A stretch of DNA of 64,000 nucleotides from Schizochytrium sp. TIO01 (Eukaryota; Protista; Bigyra: Labyrinthulomycetes). The translations under genes were made by a program, and so were the position numbers. Positions within the stretch are counted from its first letter, which is position 1. Each line of letters starts with the position of its first letter. The DNA lies in NCBI GenBank assembly GCA_004764695.1, contig SMSO01000031.1, positions 8,600,761-8,664,760 on the forward strand. The letters run 5' to 3'. Under the pieces are notes generated by a model. The model saw only the letters and a list, made by a program, of their open reading frames with translations, did no database searches and was not told the DNA's origin. Of the stretch, positions 22,709-33,499 are shown piece by piece.

Positions 22709-24673
22709 AATGTGAGAACACCGGAACATATCTTGAACGAAAACAGAAAAACAAGAAATGATCAACGAGAGAACATGAAAAGCCCCTTTCGTTGCAAAAG
22801 CTATCGAAGATCAACTGTACCTGCACAGCGCTTCTCTGAGAGTTGACCCAAGATGCGATTCCAGCTGCGAAAACGTGAACATGCTACACATCTCCGCGAC
22901 GGAGCCCTGTGCATAAATAAACCATCACGTTCTTGGTTGGCTACCGCCCTCTTGAAACATGGGCCTGATTGAAGTGGCGTCTCCTGAACTCGCTGAGATC
23001 TGCTCAACGAACGATACCTCTTCAAGTTAGCCACTTGGCTTTTGCATGCGCCAACTCAGCGAAGGAAGTTTTCGTTCTTGGCTTCTCGAGATGAGGTGAC
23101 TGATCATAAGTCCTTCCTCTTTTAGAGGTGGGTTTGACAGCTCTTTTGCTTGCTTGCGTAAGCAATAATGAGGTTCTTTCTGATTTGCAAAATTGCCATT
23201 TTGTAGTTCGTGGCGCTTTTGTTTCTGGGCACAATTCCTTCGATTCCAAGACGCCAGAAACAGAGCAACGCGAGCAACTTGCTTGAGACGGGACACTTGG
23301 AGAAATGCCTCCCGAGAAGGAGGGCGAAGAGACGATGCACAGGAGCAAGAATATGGTTCTATGCTCTTGAGGTACGTACCTATTTTGTAAAAGATGCAGG
23401 AAAGAACCAATGAAAGCTCTCGGTCAGTCCCCTGGTTTGCCATGGGCAGAATGAAAAGTGAAACACTATATGCTAGCTTAACAAGTCACTACCTAGTACA
23501 GCCAACTCGAGCTAAGGAGGATCTCGGCGGTGTCGGATTGGAGATGGTTGACTTGTTGTTCTGCTCCTGGGATCTAAGAAAGGGGATGAATTCTGGTTGG
23601 TTTTCACAACATTTTCATAGTCATTTTATAAAAACTTGAGGTTCAAGTCAACTCTTTTTCTTTTTCTTTTTCTTTTCTCTTTTCTTTTTCTCGTTTCTCT
23701 TTTCGTTTGCTTCTGTTTTGCTTTCTTGTGCTAAGGGCTTTTGCTCTTCAAGTTGCGAACTCGAAGATCCAAAGGGACTAAAGACGGCGATAGTCTGGGA
23801 AACCAACGACGTCGCGTGTCTTGGAAGCAAATAGTGGGACTCCGTCGTTCCTCAAAACGACGACGGTGCCTTTGAAGATTGTGTTCTTATGCGAGGTATA
23901 ATGACGGATAGTCGGTGACCCTTATCCTATCAGCCACTAAGAACAAATTCGCGGACCTGCGATAGGTGGGAGAAGGAAGTTCGATGGACTACTGAATGTC
24001 GATCATTTGCATGGCAAATTGAGACGATGGAGACAAAGCATAAGAACTTCGAAGAGGCTCTTGAGGTCTTGGCTTGATAAAGGTGTGCACCTGGACTTCT
24101 TCAGAACAAAGTTTAGTAGCAAGAAAACTTGTGTTTGTTTGTTTGTTTTGCGAGATCAACCATCACCAACCTGAGAAGATTTCCTATTGCCAATTTTCTT
24201 TTATACGAACATGTAAAAACTAATAGCTTCGTGAGAAAATACGAATAGAGATATATAAGGTCAAACAGATTCCCGGTAGCAACTTTTAAGCTCATTTTAT
24301 ACAAGTTGATCGATAAATCTTTGCTGAAGCTTATGGCTGTCGCCAATTCCGTATTGCCCTTGTCTATGAGTTTATCAATGCACGGAACGATGATGATCTT
24401 CTTGGCTACAGCCCCAGCACCAGGGACAAATTATAATGTTTGAGGAATAGCAGTATCACTACATAATTTTTAATTTCTAAAGATAAAAAAAATAAAAGAC
24501 TCGAAGAATGAAAAAATGATTGAATATCTTGGATACGCATGGCCAAGCTTGCAAGGACTGAGAAACAAGTGAAGCTTAAATCTGACCCACGCCTCATTGT
24601 AGAGACAAAACCACACCTCAGCTTTGTTTCCCTAGCCCGTGAAGATTCAACGCAGGTCTGAATTTCGTTCAAT

Positions 24674-25612
24674 ATGCGCGCAGTCCGAGCTGCCAAAGGC
24701 CTCTGTGAGATGGCCAAGCCTCATGCCGAAAAGGGTCAGCGTCTCGTCAAAGTTCACGCCTTCGGCGTGAATAGACCTGAACTTCTGCAAAATGAAGGAG
24801 CTTACCCTGTGAGACCTGGTCAAACCGATGTTCTTGGACTAGAATTAGCCGGCGTCGACCAAGACTCTGGCGAGGAGGTCTGTGCTCTAGTTGGTGGTGG
24901 TGCTTATGCCGATTTCTGCGTCACAGACCATCGCATGACACTTCCAGTGCCTTTCAAGGGAGAAGATCGGTTTGTTAAAGCAGCTGCCTTGCCGGAAACG
25001 ACGTTTACTGTGTGGAAGAATCTGTTTTGGAACGGTCCAGACTCGCTCAAGGGCAAATCCGTTTTCATCCAGTCGGGCACTTCGGGTATCGGCACGACAG
25101 CCATTGCAATGGCTAAGGCATTCGGAGCAAGCCATGTTGCAACAACTGCTCGGGATGATGATCGCTGCAAATTCTGTGTAGAGGTTGCTGGCGCCGACGA
25201 ATGCTTCAACTACAAGACCGAGGCATGGGAAGAGAAGGCCAAGGCAGACGTGATTCTTGACATGGTCGGAGGCTCGTATTTGCCGAGACATCTCAAAATG
25301 ATGAACCAAGGCGCACGTCTAGTCATCATTGGCTTCCTCCAGTCCCCTGTGACTGAGAAGGCCAATTTGTCTAGAGTTTTATTGAAAAACCTTACCATTA
25401 CTGGATCCGTTTTGCGGTCTGCACCCGATACGGAGAAGGCTCGCATCTGCGAGGAGCTTAAACGCCATGTATGGCCTCGCATCGAAGCTGGCGAAATTGC
25501 GCTTCCCCACATTAGCCATACATTTCATGGGCTTGAATCCTACGCAGATGCCTTTGATGATATGAAGAACTCCAGACATATGGGCAAAATGGTTGTCACC
25601 CTCGACAATTGA
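24674..25612 (+). CDS. NAD(P)H:quinone oxidoreductase, PIG3 family (MDR/zeta-crystallin superfamily)
   Basis: VKVHAFGVNRPELLQ..G.YP, VLGLELAG, VCALVGGGAYA, AAALPETTFTVW.NL, GTSGIGTTAI, DVILDMVGGSY, HMGKMVV. Confidence 0.95.
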   Translation: MRAVRAAKGLCEMAKPHAEKGQRLVKVHAFGVNRPELLQNEGAYPVRPGQTDVLGLELAGVDQDSGEEVCALVGGGAYADFCVTDHRMTLPVPFKGEDRFVKAAALPETTFTVWKNLFWNGPDSLKGKSVFIQSGTSGIGTTAIAMAKAFGASHVATTARDDDRCKFCVEVAGADECFNYKTEAWEEKAKADVILDMVGGSYLPRHLKMMNQGARLVIIGFLQSPVTEKANLSRVLLKNLTITGSVLRSAPDTEKARICEELKRHVWPRIEAGEIALPHISHTFHGLESYADAFDDMKNSRHMGKMVVTLDN

Positions 25613-26261
25613 TTGGCATTACCTGTTCATTAGCTTCTAGAGCGGTATATTTGCAGCTGTCTTTATTCAGGCACGTCTACATAAAAATTTAGTGGAAGAG
25701 TGACAAACCAGATTCCACTCCTTATACCATTTGAAAGTGGAAACCAGACACAGATGCAAACAAGCCCTCAAGAAAGATTATTTCAAGTATAATTTCCCCG
25801 AAGGAGCGATGTAAACAGTAGTTGAGAATTCTGATTATTTTGTCTCCACAATAAATCGTTCGAACTTCATTTCTCCTGTTTGCCAGTACTACTCAAGATT
25901 TTGGCAAATAATTTAAAAGAAGCATCAACATAGGCTAGTAACTTAGAACAACGATCATTCTGAAAACCAGACCTGTGAGTTCATTCAAAATTTAAATTTT
26001 ATGTTTTTAATTTTTTTTTAATACCTTGACCTCACAGCGGCTTTTGGGAGTGTACTTGTCACGGTATTCCAGCGAGAAAAAACAACTTGTATGTTATCCA
26101 TTCTACCTCGCAAACTCATCATGTAAAGAGAAATTCGAGTTCCATTTGTACATGTACACATGGTCGTAAGCTTGCCACGTGAGTATGCGCCAGGGTAACG
26201 AATATGTTATTTTCCAAAATTGAAGAGAGATGAGGAAATGTGTGCTTACTACAAAATAACA

Positions 26262-29177
26262 TTACTTTTTCTTTTCGGCATTCTCGATATATTCGAGGTT
26301 TAGTTTAGACACACCCAACTTATTGGCTTCGCCAATCAGAGGCTCAAGATTCTTGGGAGTTCCTGCAATAGGTTTGCCATCGTCATCATACATTGGAGTG
26401 CCCTTCTCAAGGAGTACACGGCACACGAAAGCATCCAGCATTCGGTCTTCCTCAGATTCGCCAATTGGAGTCTTATTTGTTCCTCCGTATATCTCAGGCA
26501 GCATATCCTCGTCAATTTCTTCTAAAAGCACCGGTTTGAAGGCGGACACATTACGGAAGATACCAATCTTTTTGCGTGTCTCTTCATCTACCCAGGGTTT
26601 CACAACGTTCCACACACCGGCAAAAAAACGAGGGGCATTAAGCACATAAATCCGGTATGCACGCTCCGGGTAGTGTTCTCCAGATAGAGCTACGGTTTTC
26701 TTGACGAAATCCACAACTTCACCAGCAAAATCAAAAAGAGAGACTCCTTGCAGATCGAGAATAGAAATGGTACGCGCACGCTCACTTGGCTCCAAGTGTG
26801 TCCATTGTAACTCAGTGCAGTAGATAAAGTGGAATAACAAGTCTGAGAGCTTCAGACCTGCCCGACGAATCGCTTTCATATTCACCTTTCCTGGTTGGTC
26901 AATGTAAACAGGATAGCCGGTTTTACCACGACCAAAATAGTAGTTCGGCACATGTTTCTTGAGGGTACGATACCAGGGGTGAGGTTGGTCAAGAATCTCA
27001 TCGATTTTGCCTTCAACGCGCCATTCACAGGTGCGAATCCAGCGAGCAATAGCGGCATCCATATTACCCTTTTCACCAGCTAAGAAGCGCTGGAAAGCAG
27101 GATGTTTCGGAATGCCATTTTCGTCTACACCAGCCTCACCATAGACTCCGCCAAGATTCTCTGTGCCTGTGTACTTGGGCTGTCCACCACTAGCCTGGGC
27201 TGCAGTGGCATCTGCAGAAGGGGCTGCAGCAGGTTTGGCCACGGGAGCCGCAGTCGTTTTTGGTTTGACCTCCTGACCATCATCGATGAGATCCTCCTCC
27301 AAAATTGTCACTGTGCTTTGGCTCTTGCTCATTTGAGCGCTTGAGCGCTGTTGCTGCCTTTGCATCTTGGCATGATCCCAGGCCCCGTCTGGGACTTGAA
27401 CATGAATAAGCCAGTTCGCAGCCTCTTCACTAGACTCATCAGCTGCGCGGGAAATCTGGGTTGCCTGGCGAGCAAAGTCCGGGGTGACTAAACCCATGCA
27501 ATAGGCTACCACAAGGCCAAAAAAGCTCGAAAGTATAGTCGTTGTATCCATGCTTCGATGAACATCCTCAATCACAGCCCGGCCATCAACCACATCAATT
27601 CCAAAGTCTCGAACCAAGGTTGTTGCCAAACGTTCAATTAATGCAAGACTCTTATTCGACTCAGAAAGTGCATGAATCGGCTCTATCAGGTCCCCGACAA
27701 CCAAGACACACTGCCAAATAAAGTATGGTGCCACGACCGCGCAAGCAAAGTATACCATGGCTAGTTTATGACACGCAATCAAAAGGTCTAGTTTACTAAG
27801 AGGACGGAATGCATGTTCATTCATGCCAGCTACAGATGAGTCCCCCAACACGCTGTTGCTGTCGTCCTGAAATGCACGTTTAAGTACACTAAGATCTTGC
27901 TCAACCAATAGCTCAAGAGCAATCAGTTCAAGTTTATTTTCCTCAGGCACAACAACACCTGGAGCACCGGCAGCCGCCGCTTCCGTTTGCCTTTTATCAA
28001 CAGCGATTTGCAGCTCAAGCGGTCCATTGACACGATTTGCGGCAGCAGATTCCGCTGCGCTGAACAGATGCTCAGCGCTGATGCGAGCAGTAGAGTTCTC
28101 CTGATCAAGATCTATGAGAACGTTGTCTTCTGGGTGTACCATATAGAGTTTAATAGGCCGCCCGTACAAGGGTTCACGGATCATAATGTCCTGGCTACCT
28201 CCAGCACCACCACGCTCGATAGATACGGACTTAATCCTAGGGGGCACAAACACCTGTCCGCTCGTCGCATCTGAGGTAGACGACGTTAAAGATGAAACTG
28301 CACCGGTGTCAACCAACGAGGGTCTCCGAAGCTGCTCGGGCTGTTCATACGCCTTCACAGGCGGGCCCGAGTGACGATGCACACTAAAGGCAAGATCATA
28401 ACCTGTGCTGTCGGAAGAGACATAGCCACCAATGACACGACTTGTCGAGGCTCGGTAGTTCGTAAGGCGACAGTTGTAGCCGGAACGATACCGGTGGGAA
28501 GATTCAACTTCAATGTACACTGCATTATCGCCATACACTACAGGGCGACGATCATGACCGTTCTTTTGAAAAGAGACATACACTTCGCCGTTTGTGCCTC
28601 TTGGACGTGGGCCAAGGTAGCCCTCAAAAAAACCAGTGAAAGATACCCCACACTTGTTGTTCCAGACCATACCATTGTCATCGACAAGGATCACAGTATC
28701 GCCATAGCGAACTGGGGTGCCATCAGGCACTTCTCCACTAGGATCCTGAACTTGAAGAATACTTTCTCGAAAAATCCCTTCCGCAGAAGAACCAATGGGG
28801 GGGACTGCTACGCGGGTTTGACCATCTCGTTTCTCATACACGCCGATGTATCCGCCAATCTGAGCACCAAGGACTTTAGGATCTTTATCCTTCTTCGCTG
28901 CGAGATCCATCTTGTAGTACTGACTTGTTGCATAAAGTTTAATGGAATCCCCAAAGCGAACATACTCATCCGAGAGGTAAGTATCCTCTAGCTGGTCCAT
29001 TTCAGCATCCAGTGCTGTGCCCACGCCTCGGTTCGACGGGAAGTTCACCAGCGCCACGCTTGCGGAGGCAGGAAGCTGTCCTCCGCCATAGGGTGTATCC
29101 CCTTGTGACATTATGGTTGCTGCAGAAGGTGGAGATGCCAACGCAGGAGCGATCATCTCTTCAGTATCCTGCTTCAT
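26262..29177 (-). CDS. Sec14/CRAL-TRIO lipid-binding protein with N-terminal repeat domain and putative transmembrane segments
   Basis: C-terminus RFLAGEKGNMDAA...WR...GRGKTGYPVYID...ILDLQGVSL...HYPERAYRIYVLNAPRFFAGVWNVVKPWVDEETRKKI...LPEIYGG; hydrophobic stretches LAMVYFACAVVAPYFIWQCVLVV and ILSSFFGLVVAYCMGLV. Confidence 0.93.
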   Translation of the reverse strand: MKQDTEEMIAPALASPPSAATIMSQGDTPYGGGQLPASASVALVNFPSNRGVGTALDAEMDQLEDTYLSDEYVRFGDSIKLYATSQYYKMDLAAKKDKDPKVLGAQIGGYIGVYEKRDGQTRVAVPPIGSSAEGIFRESILQVQDPSGEVPDGTPVRYGDTVILVDDNGMVWNNKCGVSFTGFFEGYLGPRPRGTNGEVYVSFQKNGHDRRPVVYGDNAVYIEVESSHRYRSGYNCRLTNYRASTSRVIGGYVSSDSTGYDLAFSVHRHSGPPVKAYEQPEQLRRPSLVDTGAVSSLTSSTSDATSGQVFVPPRIKSVSIERGGAGGSQDIMIREPLYGRPIKLYMVHPEDNVLIDLDQENSTARISAEHLFSAAESAAANRVNGPLELQIAVDKRQTEAAAAGAPGVVVPEENKLELIALELLVEQDLSVLKRAFQDDSNSVLGDSSVAGMNEHAFRPLSKLDLLIACHKLAMVYFACAVVAPYFIWQCVLVVGDLIEPIHALSESNKSLALIERLATTLVRDFGIDVVDGRAVIEDVHRSMDTTTILSSFFGLVVAYCMGLVTPDFARQATQISRAADESSEEAANWLIHVQVPDGAWDHAKMQRQQQRSSAQMSKSQSTVTILEEDLIDDGQEVKPKTTAAPVAKPAAAPSADATAAQASGGQPKYTGTENLGGVYGEAGVDENGIPKHPAFQRFLAGEKGNMDAAIARWIRTCEWRVEGKIDEILDQPHPWYRTLKKHVPNYYFGRGKTGYPVYIDQPGKVNMKAIRRAGLKLSDLLFHFIYCTELQWTHLEPSERARTISILDLQGVSLFDFAGEVVDFVKKTVALSGEHYPERAYRIYVLNAPRFFAGVWNVVKPWVDEETRKKIGIFRNVSAFKPVLLEEIDEDMLPEIYGGTNKTPIGESEEDRMLDAFVCRVLLEKGTPMYDDDGKPIAGTPKNLEPLIGEANKLGVSKLNLEYIENAEKKK

Positions 29178-30170
29178 CTTTCGGGGAGAACTGGAGGGTT
29201 ATCTCTATATTGTGTTTTGCTGTTCTAATGAATCAAGATCTTCCCCTCGAGAATTTGGAAAAGACGAAACCTGCAATCTGCTTAACCTCAAAGTAATTCT
29301 GGCAACAGAAAGCTACGGACAACGCAACTTTTCGTTAGACTCACCTTGTATTTATAAATATCAAGCTAGTCTTTTGCGCCAAGTATCCTTTTAAATTATT
29401 TTTGCTTGCGTTGGATTCGCCAGAGTGCAGATACACAGGAGCCAAATTCGAAGAGTTTAGTTCTCAATAGTATGAAAGCTCAGAAGGAATTTCCACACTT
29501 ATCTCGCTTAAAGAGCTACTGAGTTCTCAAATTCCAGTGGTTTCGAGATTTCCAGCTTGGCCTTACCAACGCAGTCTTGAGCGTTAGGAGATACAGCGTT
29601 CGCTGCAAATGAGACGTCACTTGACAACGTCCAGTAAGTCTCTAGGGTCAGCTCTTTCTGGGAGTCTGCCCCGTCGGCACCTCCGCCAGCGTCTTGAAGG
29701 CGTCAAGCACCCGTCAACTGAGGTCAGAGTCAAACCAAATCCAACGCCTCGAGCCTGGTTGCGTTGCCCTCTTCGCGCTTTTGTCCGTACGCAACTCTGC
29801 CAGTTGCCACGCAGGCGCGATCGGCAATCCTTTCAGCGCGAAGCGGGTCTGCGCCGCCGCGAGCCAAGCCCGAAGCCGACTGCGCTCTGCTGGTGTCCTC
29901 TCCAATCCGAACGATCGAAAATGAATGAACGAACGCAATGAAATGAAATGTATTTTCTTCTTCTTCTCCAGATCCATTATACAAACCTCACCTTTTCTTT
30001 ACTCGCTCTCTACTATAGACTATAGCTCCATTAACCCACTTGCAACTCTTTTCTCTACTGTATATAACTGATGCTACTATGGAGTATTAGCTCCTTTTTC
30101 TTCTAACCATGTACGATAATAGAAAGAGATCTTCTTCTCCGCTTCACTTCGGTATCTATTTATCGTAGGT

Positions 30171-30201
30171 ATTTGAGCGAGCGCTATAGGCTCGCTCAAA
30201 T
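30171..30201. other. Perfect 12-bp inverted repeat with 7-nt loop
   Basis: ATTTGAGCGAGC-GCTATAG-GCTCGCTCAAAT. Confidence 0.85.
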
Positions 30202-30614
30202 GATCTTAGGCTTGCAGGGGTGAGAGGTAGCGAATATCAAGAACAAAACAAGAGTAGCTTTGGAAATAATCATCTATTCGCAGATCAGATTATCGATTTT
30301 GATTAAAGCAGCTATTTTTTTTTGTGTATTTGTCGTTGTTAAGTTTGTGAAGGAGCCGCTGGTAAAAGTTTACTTGCACAGATTTGGGAAATGATTTTAT
30401 TTCATTAACATGCAACCCAGTTTGAGATAATTAAAGAACTTTAGAGAAGACATGAAGAGATATAGAAAGTCCTCTGTTGGCTCGTAGTATTCTTATTTAC
30501 GTGCACTATTTTGTTAATCGGAGAACCTGGAACAAAAGCGAAGTATTTACGTCGTAGCGCATCCCCTTCCTAACTTAATATCGGTAAAATTAGTTTGTTT
30601 TTTTTAACCTCTGC

Positions 30615-31650
30615 TCACACAAAAGGTGCCTCGAGCGAGGCTGTAAATAAGGCTAGCTCGGAAGCAGGAATAAGAGCCGCAAGCTGCGGGGTCTCTAACT
30701 CTTCTGCGAGTTCGACAGTTAAGACACCCTCCACCATTCCAATAAGTTGCCCATGTTCATTTCGCACCGGGCCACCGCACATGCCAGATTCAAGCACAGA
30801 TTCAGTCAGCACCAGAATCTGCGGAATCTCCATCACATTGCCTCCTTGGCATGCAGATGGCAGCATTTCAAATGCAGCTACACTTCCTGGAACAATACAA
30901 GGGAAACTCTGTGAAACATCTTGATTGTTCTCCAGTTTGGCTTCTACCCGGTGGCCAAAGCAATTCACCTTCATATCAGGCCCAGGCTGGACATACTTAT
31001 CCTTTTCGAAATCAATCGGCCCGAGGCCATACTTTTCGAGAAATGATAAAGCAAGGTTGTTGTCATCAAATTCGAGAGCAGCAAGATCGCGGAATTCATG
31101 ACGAACCATTGAGTGCTTTTTCAGCGGGAGCTCGTCCAGAACTTGGCCTGTTTTATTTAAAACTTGAACAATGCATTTGACCTCTTCAGGTTTTACGTGA
31201 TGCATCCATGCTGTAGGGCTCTGTTTCATTCGCATGTAATTTCCCCCGTCGAAAAGCATAGCCCAGTTAGTTAACACAGGTTTCTACCAGTAATTCACAG
31301 CCATGGACGTTTTGAGTGACACTTACATCTTCAGAGCCACAGTAATGGGGAAGTTGGGCGGGGTCCACGTTGTGCAGTGAGGTGAGTACGACTGGTGCTC
31401 CATCGTGTCTCAAGGTTGAAACGCCGGAAGCGCGACCAAGGATCTCATAGTCTTCCATGCCAAATTCTGGCTTGAAAAACCACGATTGCAAGCTCAGGAT
31501 GTAATCACTTGCACCAGAATCTTGAGCAGAAGACGAGCTGCTCGCAAGTCTCCTTTGGCTCGCCCCAGCAAGATACCCTCGACGAGTAGCTGATGCCATG
31601 CGATTGCCTCTGCTGAGGCTAGCACTTAGAAAACTCTGAACAGATGCCAT
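30615..31650 (-). CDS. Trypsin/chymotrypsin-fold protein with Cys at the nucleophile position, probably mitochondrial; two exons (31650-31327, 31220-30615)
   Basis: Ser/Arg-rich, acid-free N-terminus; GRASG..VVLTSLHNV (His, 31372-74), RDLAALEF (Asp, 31086-88), LESGMCGGPVRNEHGQLIGMV (Cys, 30777-79). A phase-0 intron joins the two listed ORFs in frame. Confidence 0.8.
31221..31326 (-). other. Spliceosomal GT-AG intron, 106 nt
   Basis: Donor GAT|GTAAGT at 31326, branch-like ACTAAC at ~31271-31266, acceptor AAACAG|AGC at 31221; removal gives ...GSED-SPTAWMHHV.... Confidence 0.75.
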
Positions 31651-32228
31651 CTCTTCAACAAGATAAGCCGCTTAATCTTTGCCTACGTAGGTCTCGTCTA
31701 GAGGTCAGTTGTTGCGTGAAAACTGTGTTGACTTTGCCTCACACGCTCAAAGCAATCTTGCTTTTGAGATCTAGTAACCTCACTCTTATTCTTCTTCTTC
31801 TTCTTCTTGTTTTTTTTTTAAATAGTAGTGAAGCATTATGGAAATCATAGCAATGTACTACTTACCTGATTTAGGTCAAAATACTTTCTTGTCTGGTACA
31901 CAGCTCTATTCATAAAAGCAAGCAGATTAAATCCTCCCCCCCTTCCCCCCCCCCCCCCCGATGTCCTAAGACTGTAAGAATGGTCGTGTAGTAGACACTA
32001 TTTCAATCAGGCAGAAAGGATAAAGGATAGAAACTAGACCATAACGTAAGCAAAAACACAAAATAATATAAAGTTTACATTAGTGAAAGGTAATTTCGAT
32101 CGGAAGTAAATTTTTACAGAGGATACACATGATTCTGGTGAATGATGATGATCTATTCATTCATGAGGATGTGAAACACAAATTGTAGTGCACATATATT
32201 TATAAGTGTTGGCGCTTGCTTGAGTTTA

Positions 32229-33173
32229 TTAGCAAACCAACCATGATGGTGACCAGGTCTCTGACGCAACAGATTCCCAATCCACTTCTTCAAAGAATGG
32301 GAACGTTTTGCATGCATCTGCGCTGCAAAGACGCTCTTTGGGGGATTTGGTAAGCAGGCTGGCGACGAAAGCGATCATGTCAGCATTGGCAGGACAAACT
32401 TCAGGCCAGTCAGGTTCACCTGTTACAATCTTGGATACAATTTCCTCAGTTGTCACACCCGAGAATGGCGCATCATGGAAGAGCAACTCGAACATGATTC
32501 CACCCATGCTCCACCAGTCTGCAGCACAAGTGACAGCATCTCTGCACAAGACCTCAGGACTCGCATAAAACAGAGTACCAGCTCCATGGGTAACATCTTC
32601 ATCATCCTTGAGCACTTTGGCAACACCAAAGTCCAAAAGTCGAATGTGGCCGGTTGCAGTGATGCCAATGTTTTCTGGTTTCACATCACCATGAAGAATG
32701 CAAAGAGAGGAGAGGTGGTCGAGGGCCAAAACAAGTTCTGCTGCGTAATGCGTGACGTCTTCAAGGCAGAGCTTTCCAGACATCATGAGGGAGTATAAAT
32801 CTCCTCTGTGGCAAAGCTCAAGAGTAATGCTGGGAACTTCATCATGGTTGACCATTTCATGCTCGAAGAGAAGGTCGATGATGAAATTGCAAGTTGGGAG
32901 GCCATCCTGCAAATGTCTTAGGATCTCGATCTCGTTGCGAGCTTCATCCTTCTGATTGTCATTCTCATTATTGAAGACTTTGAGGGCAGCATCTATGTTT
33001 CCTGCATTAGTGCGATGCACTGTGCGGTAAATAGACGCAGATGAACCATGCTGAAGAAGCTTCATTTTTCTTTGACACAAACTTTTGGGAGTCTTTAGAG
33101 TTAAGGTTTTGATGTTGCCCCGCAAGCTAATGTTCAATGAGGCTTGGCCGTGACTACTAATAGGCATAACCAT
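32229..33173 (-). CDS. Ser/Thr protein kinase, AGC-like catalytic domain only (likely start ATG at 33065)
   Basis: AALKV, helix-C Glu (NEIEIL), HGDVKPENI, LLDFG, GTLFYASPE, DWWSMG, PKERL, FFEEVDW. Confidence 0.93.
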   Translation of the reverse strand: MVMPISSHGQASLNISLRGNIKTLTLKTPKSLCQRKMKLLQHGSSASIYRTVHRTNAGNIDAALKVFNNENDNQKDEARNEIEILRHLQDGLPTCNFIIDLLFEHEMVNHDEVPSITLELCHRGDLYSLMMSGKLCLEDVTHYAAELVLALDHLSSLCILHGDVKPENIGITATGHIRLLDFGVAKVLKDDEDVTHGAGTLFYASPEVLCRDAVTCAADWWSMGGIMFELLFHDAPFSGVTTEEIVSKIVTGEPDWPEVCPANADMIAFVASLLTKSPKERLCSADACKTFPFFEEVDWESVASETWSPSWLVC

Positions 33174-33499
33174 TTTCTCATAGGGTCGATGCAGAGGATG
33201 CTGATCAGAAGCTGATAGGCATGTCTAGCTCTTGAAGCCACACATTTGATAGTGTGAACATCCGCTGCTAGGTAAGCAATGAGAGGGAGGCGAAACAAGC
33301 TAATGAGTCCAATCTGGATCTTAACTGAAGGAAGTTTACACTTTGATAGCATCACTGGTGAAGCTAAATCAACTTTTTTACACCTTGAAAGCCTGGAGAC
33401 ACACTAGAATGGATAAGCTAAGATATGAGCCCCGCAGACTTTTAGCTTTTGCAGCTTTCTACTTTCTCCTCAATCGACTCCACCAATGGTGGAACTGGC

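Noticed and set aside
31857-31868. U1 snRNA 5' end (TACTTACCTG)
   Set aside because: No U1 stem-loops or Sm site follow; better explained as a minus-strand splice donor (CAG|GTAAGT) upstream of the protease gene.
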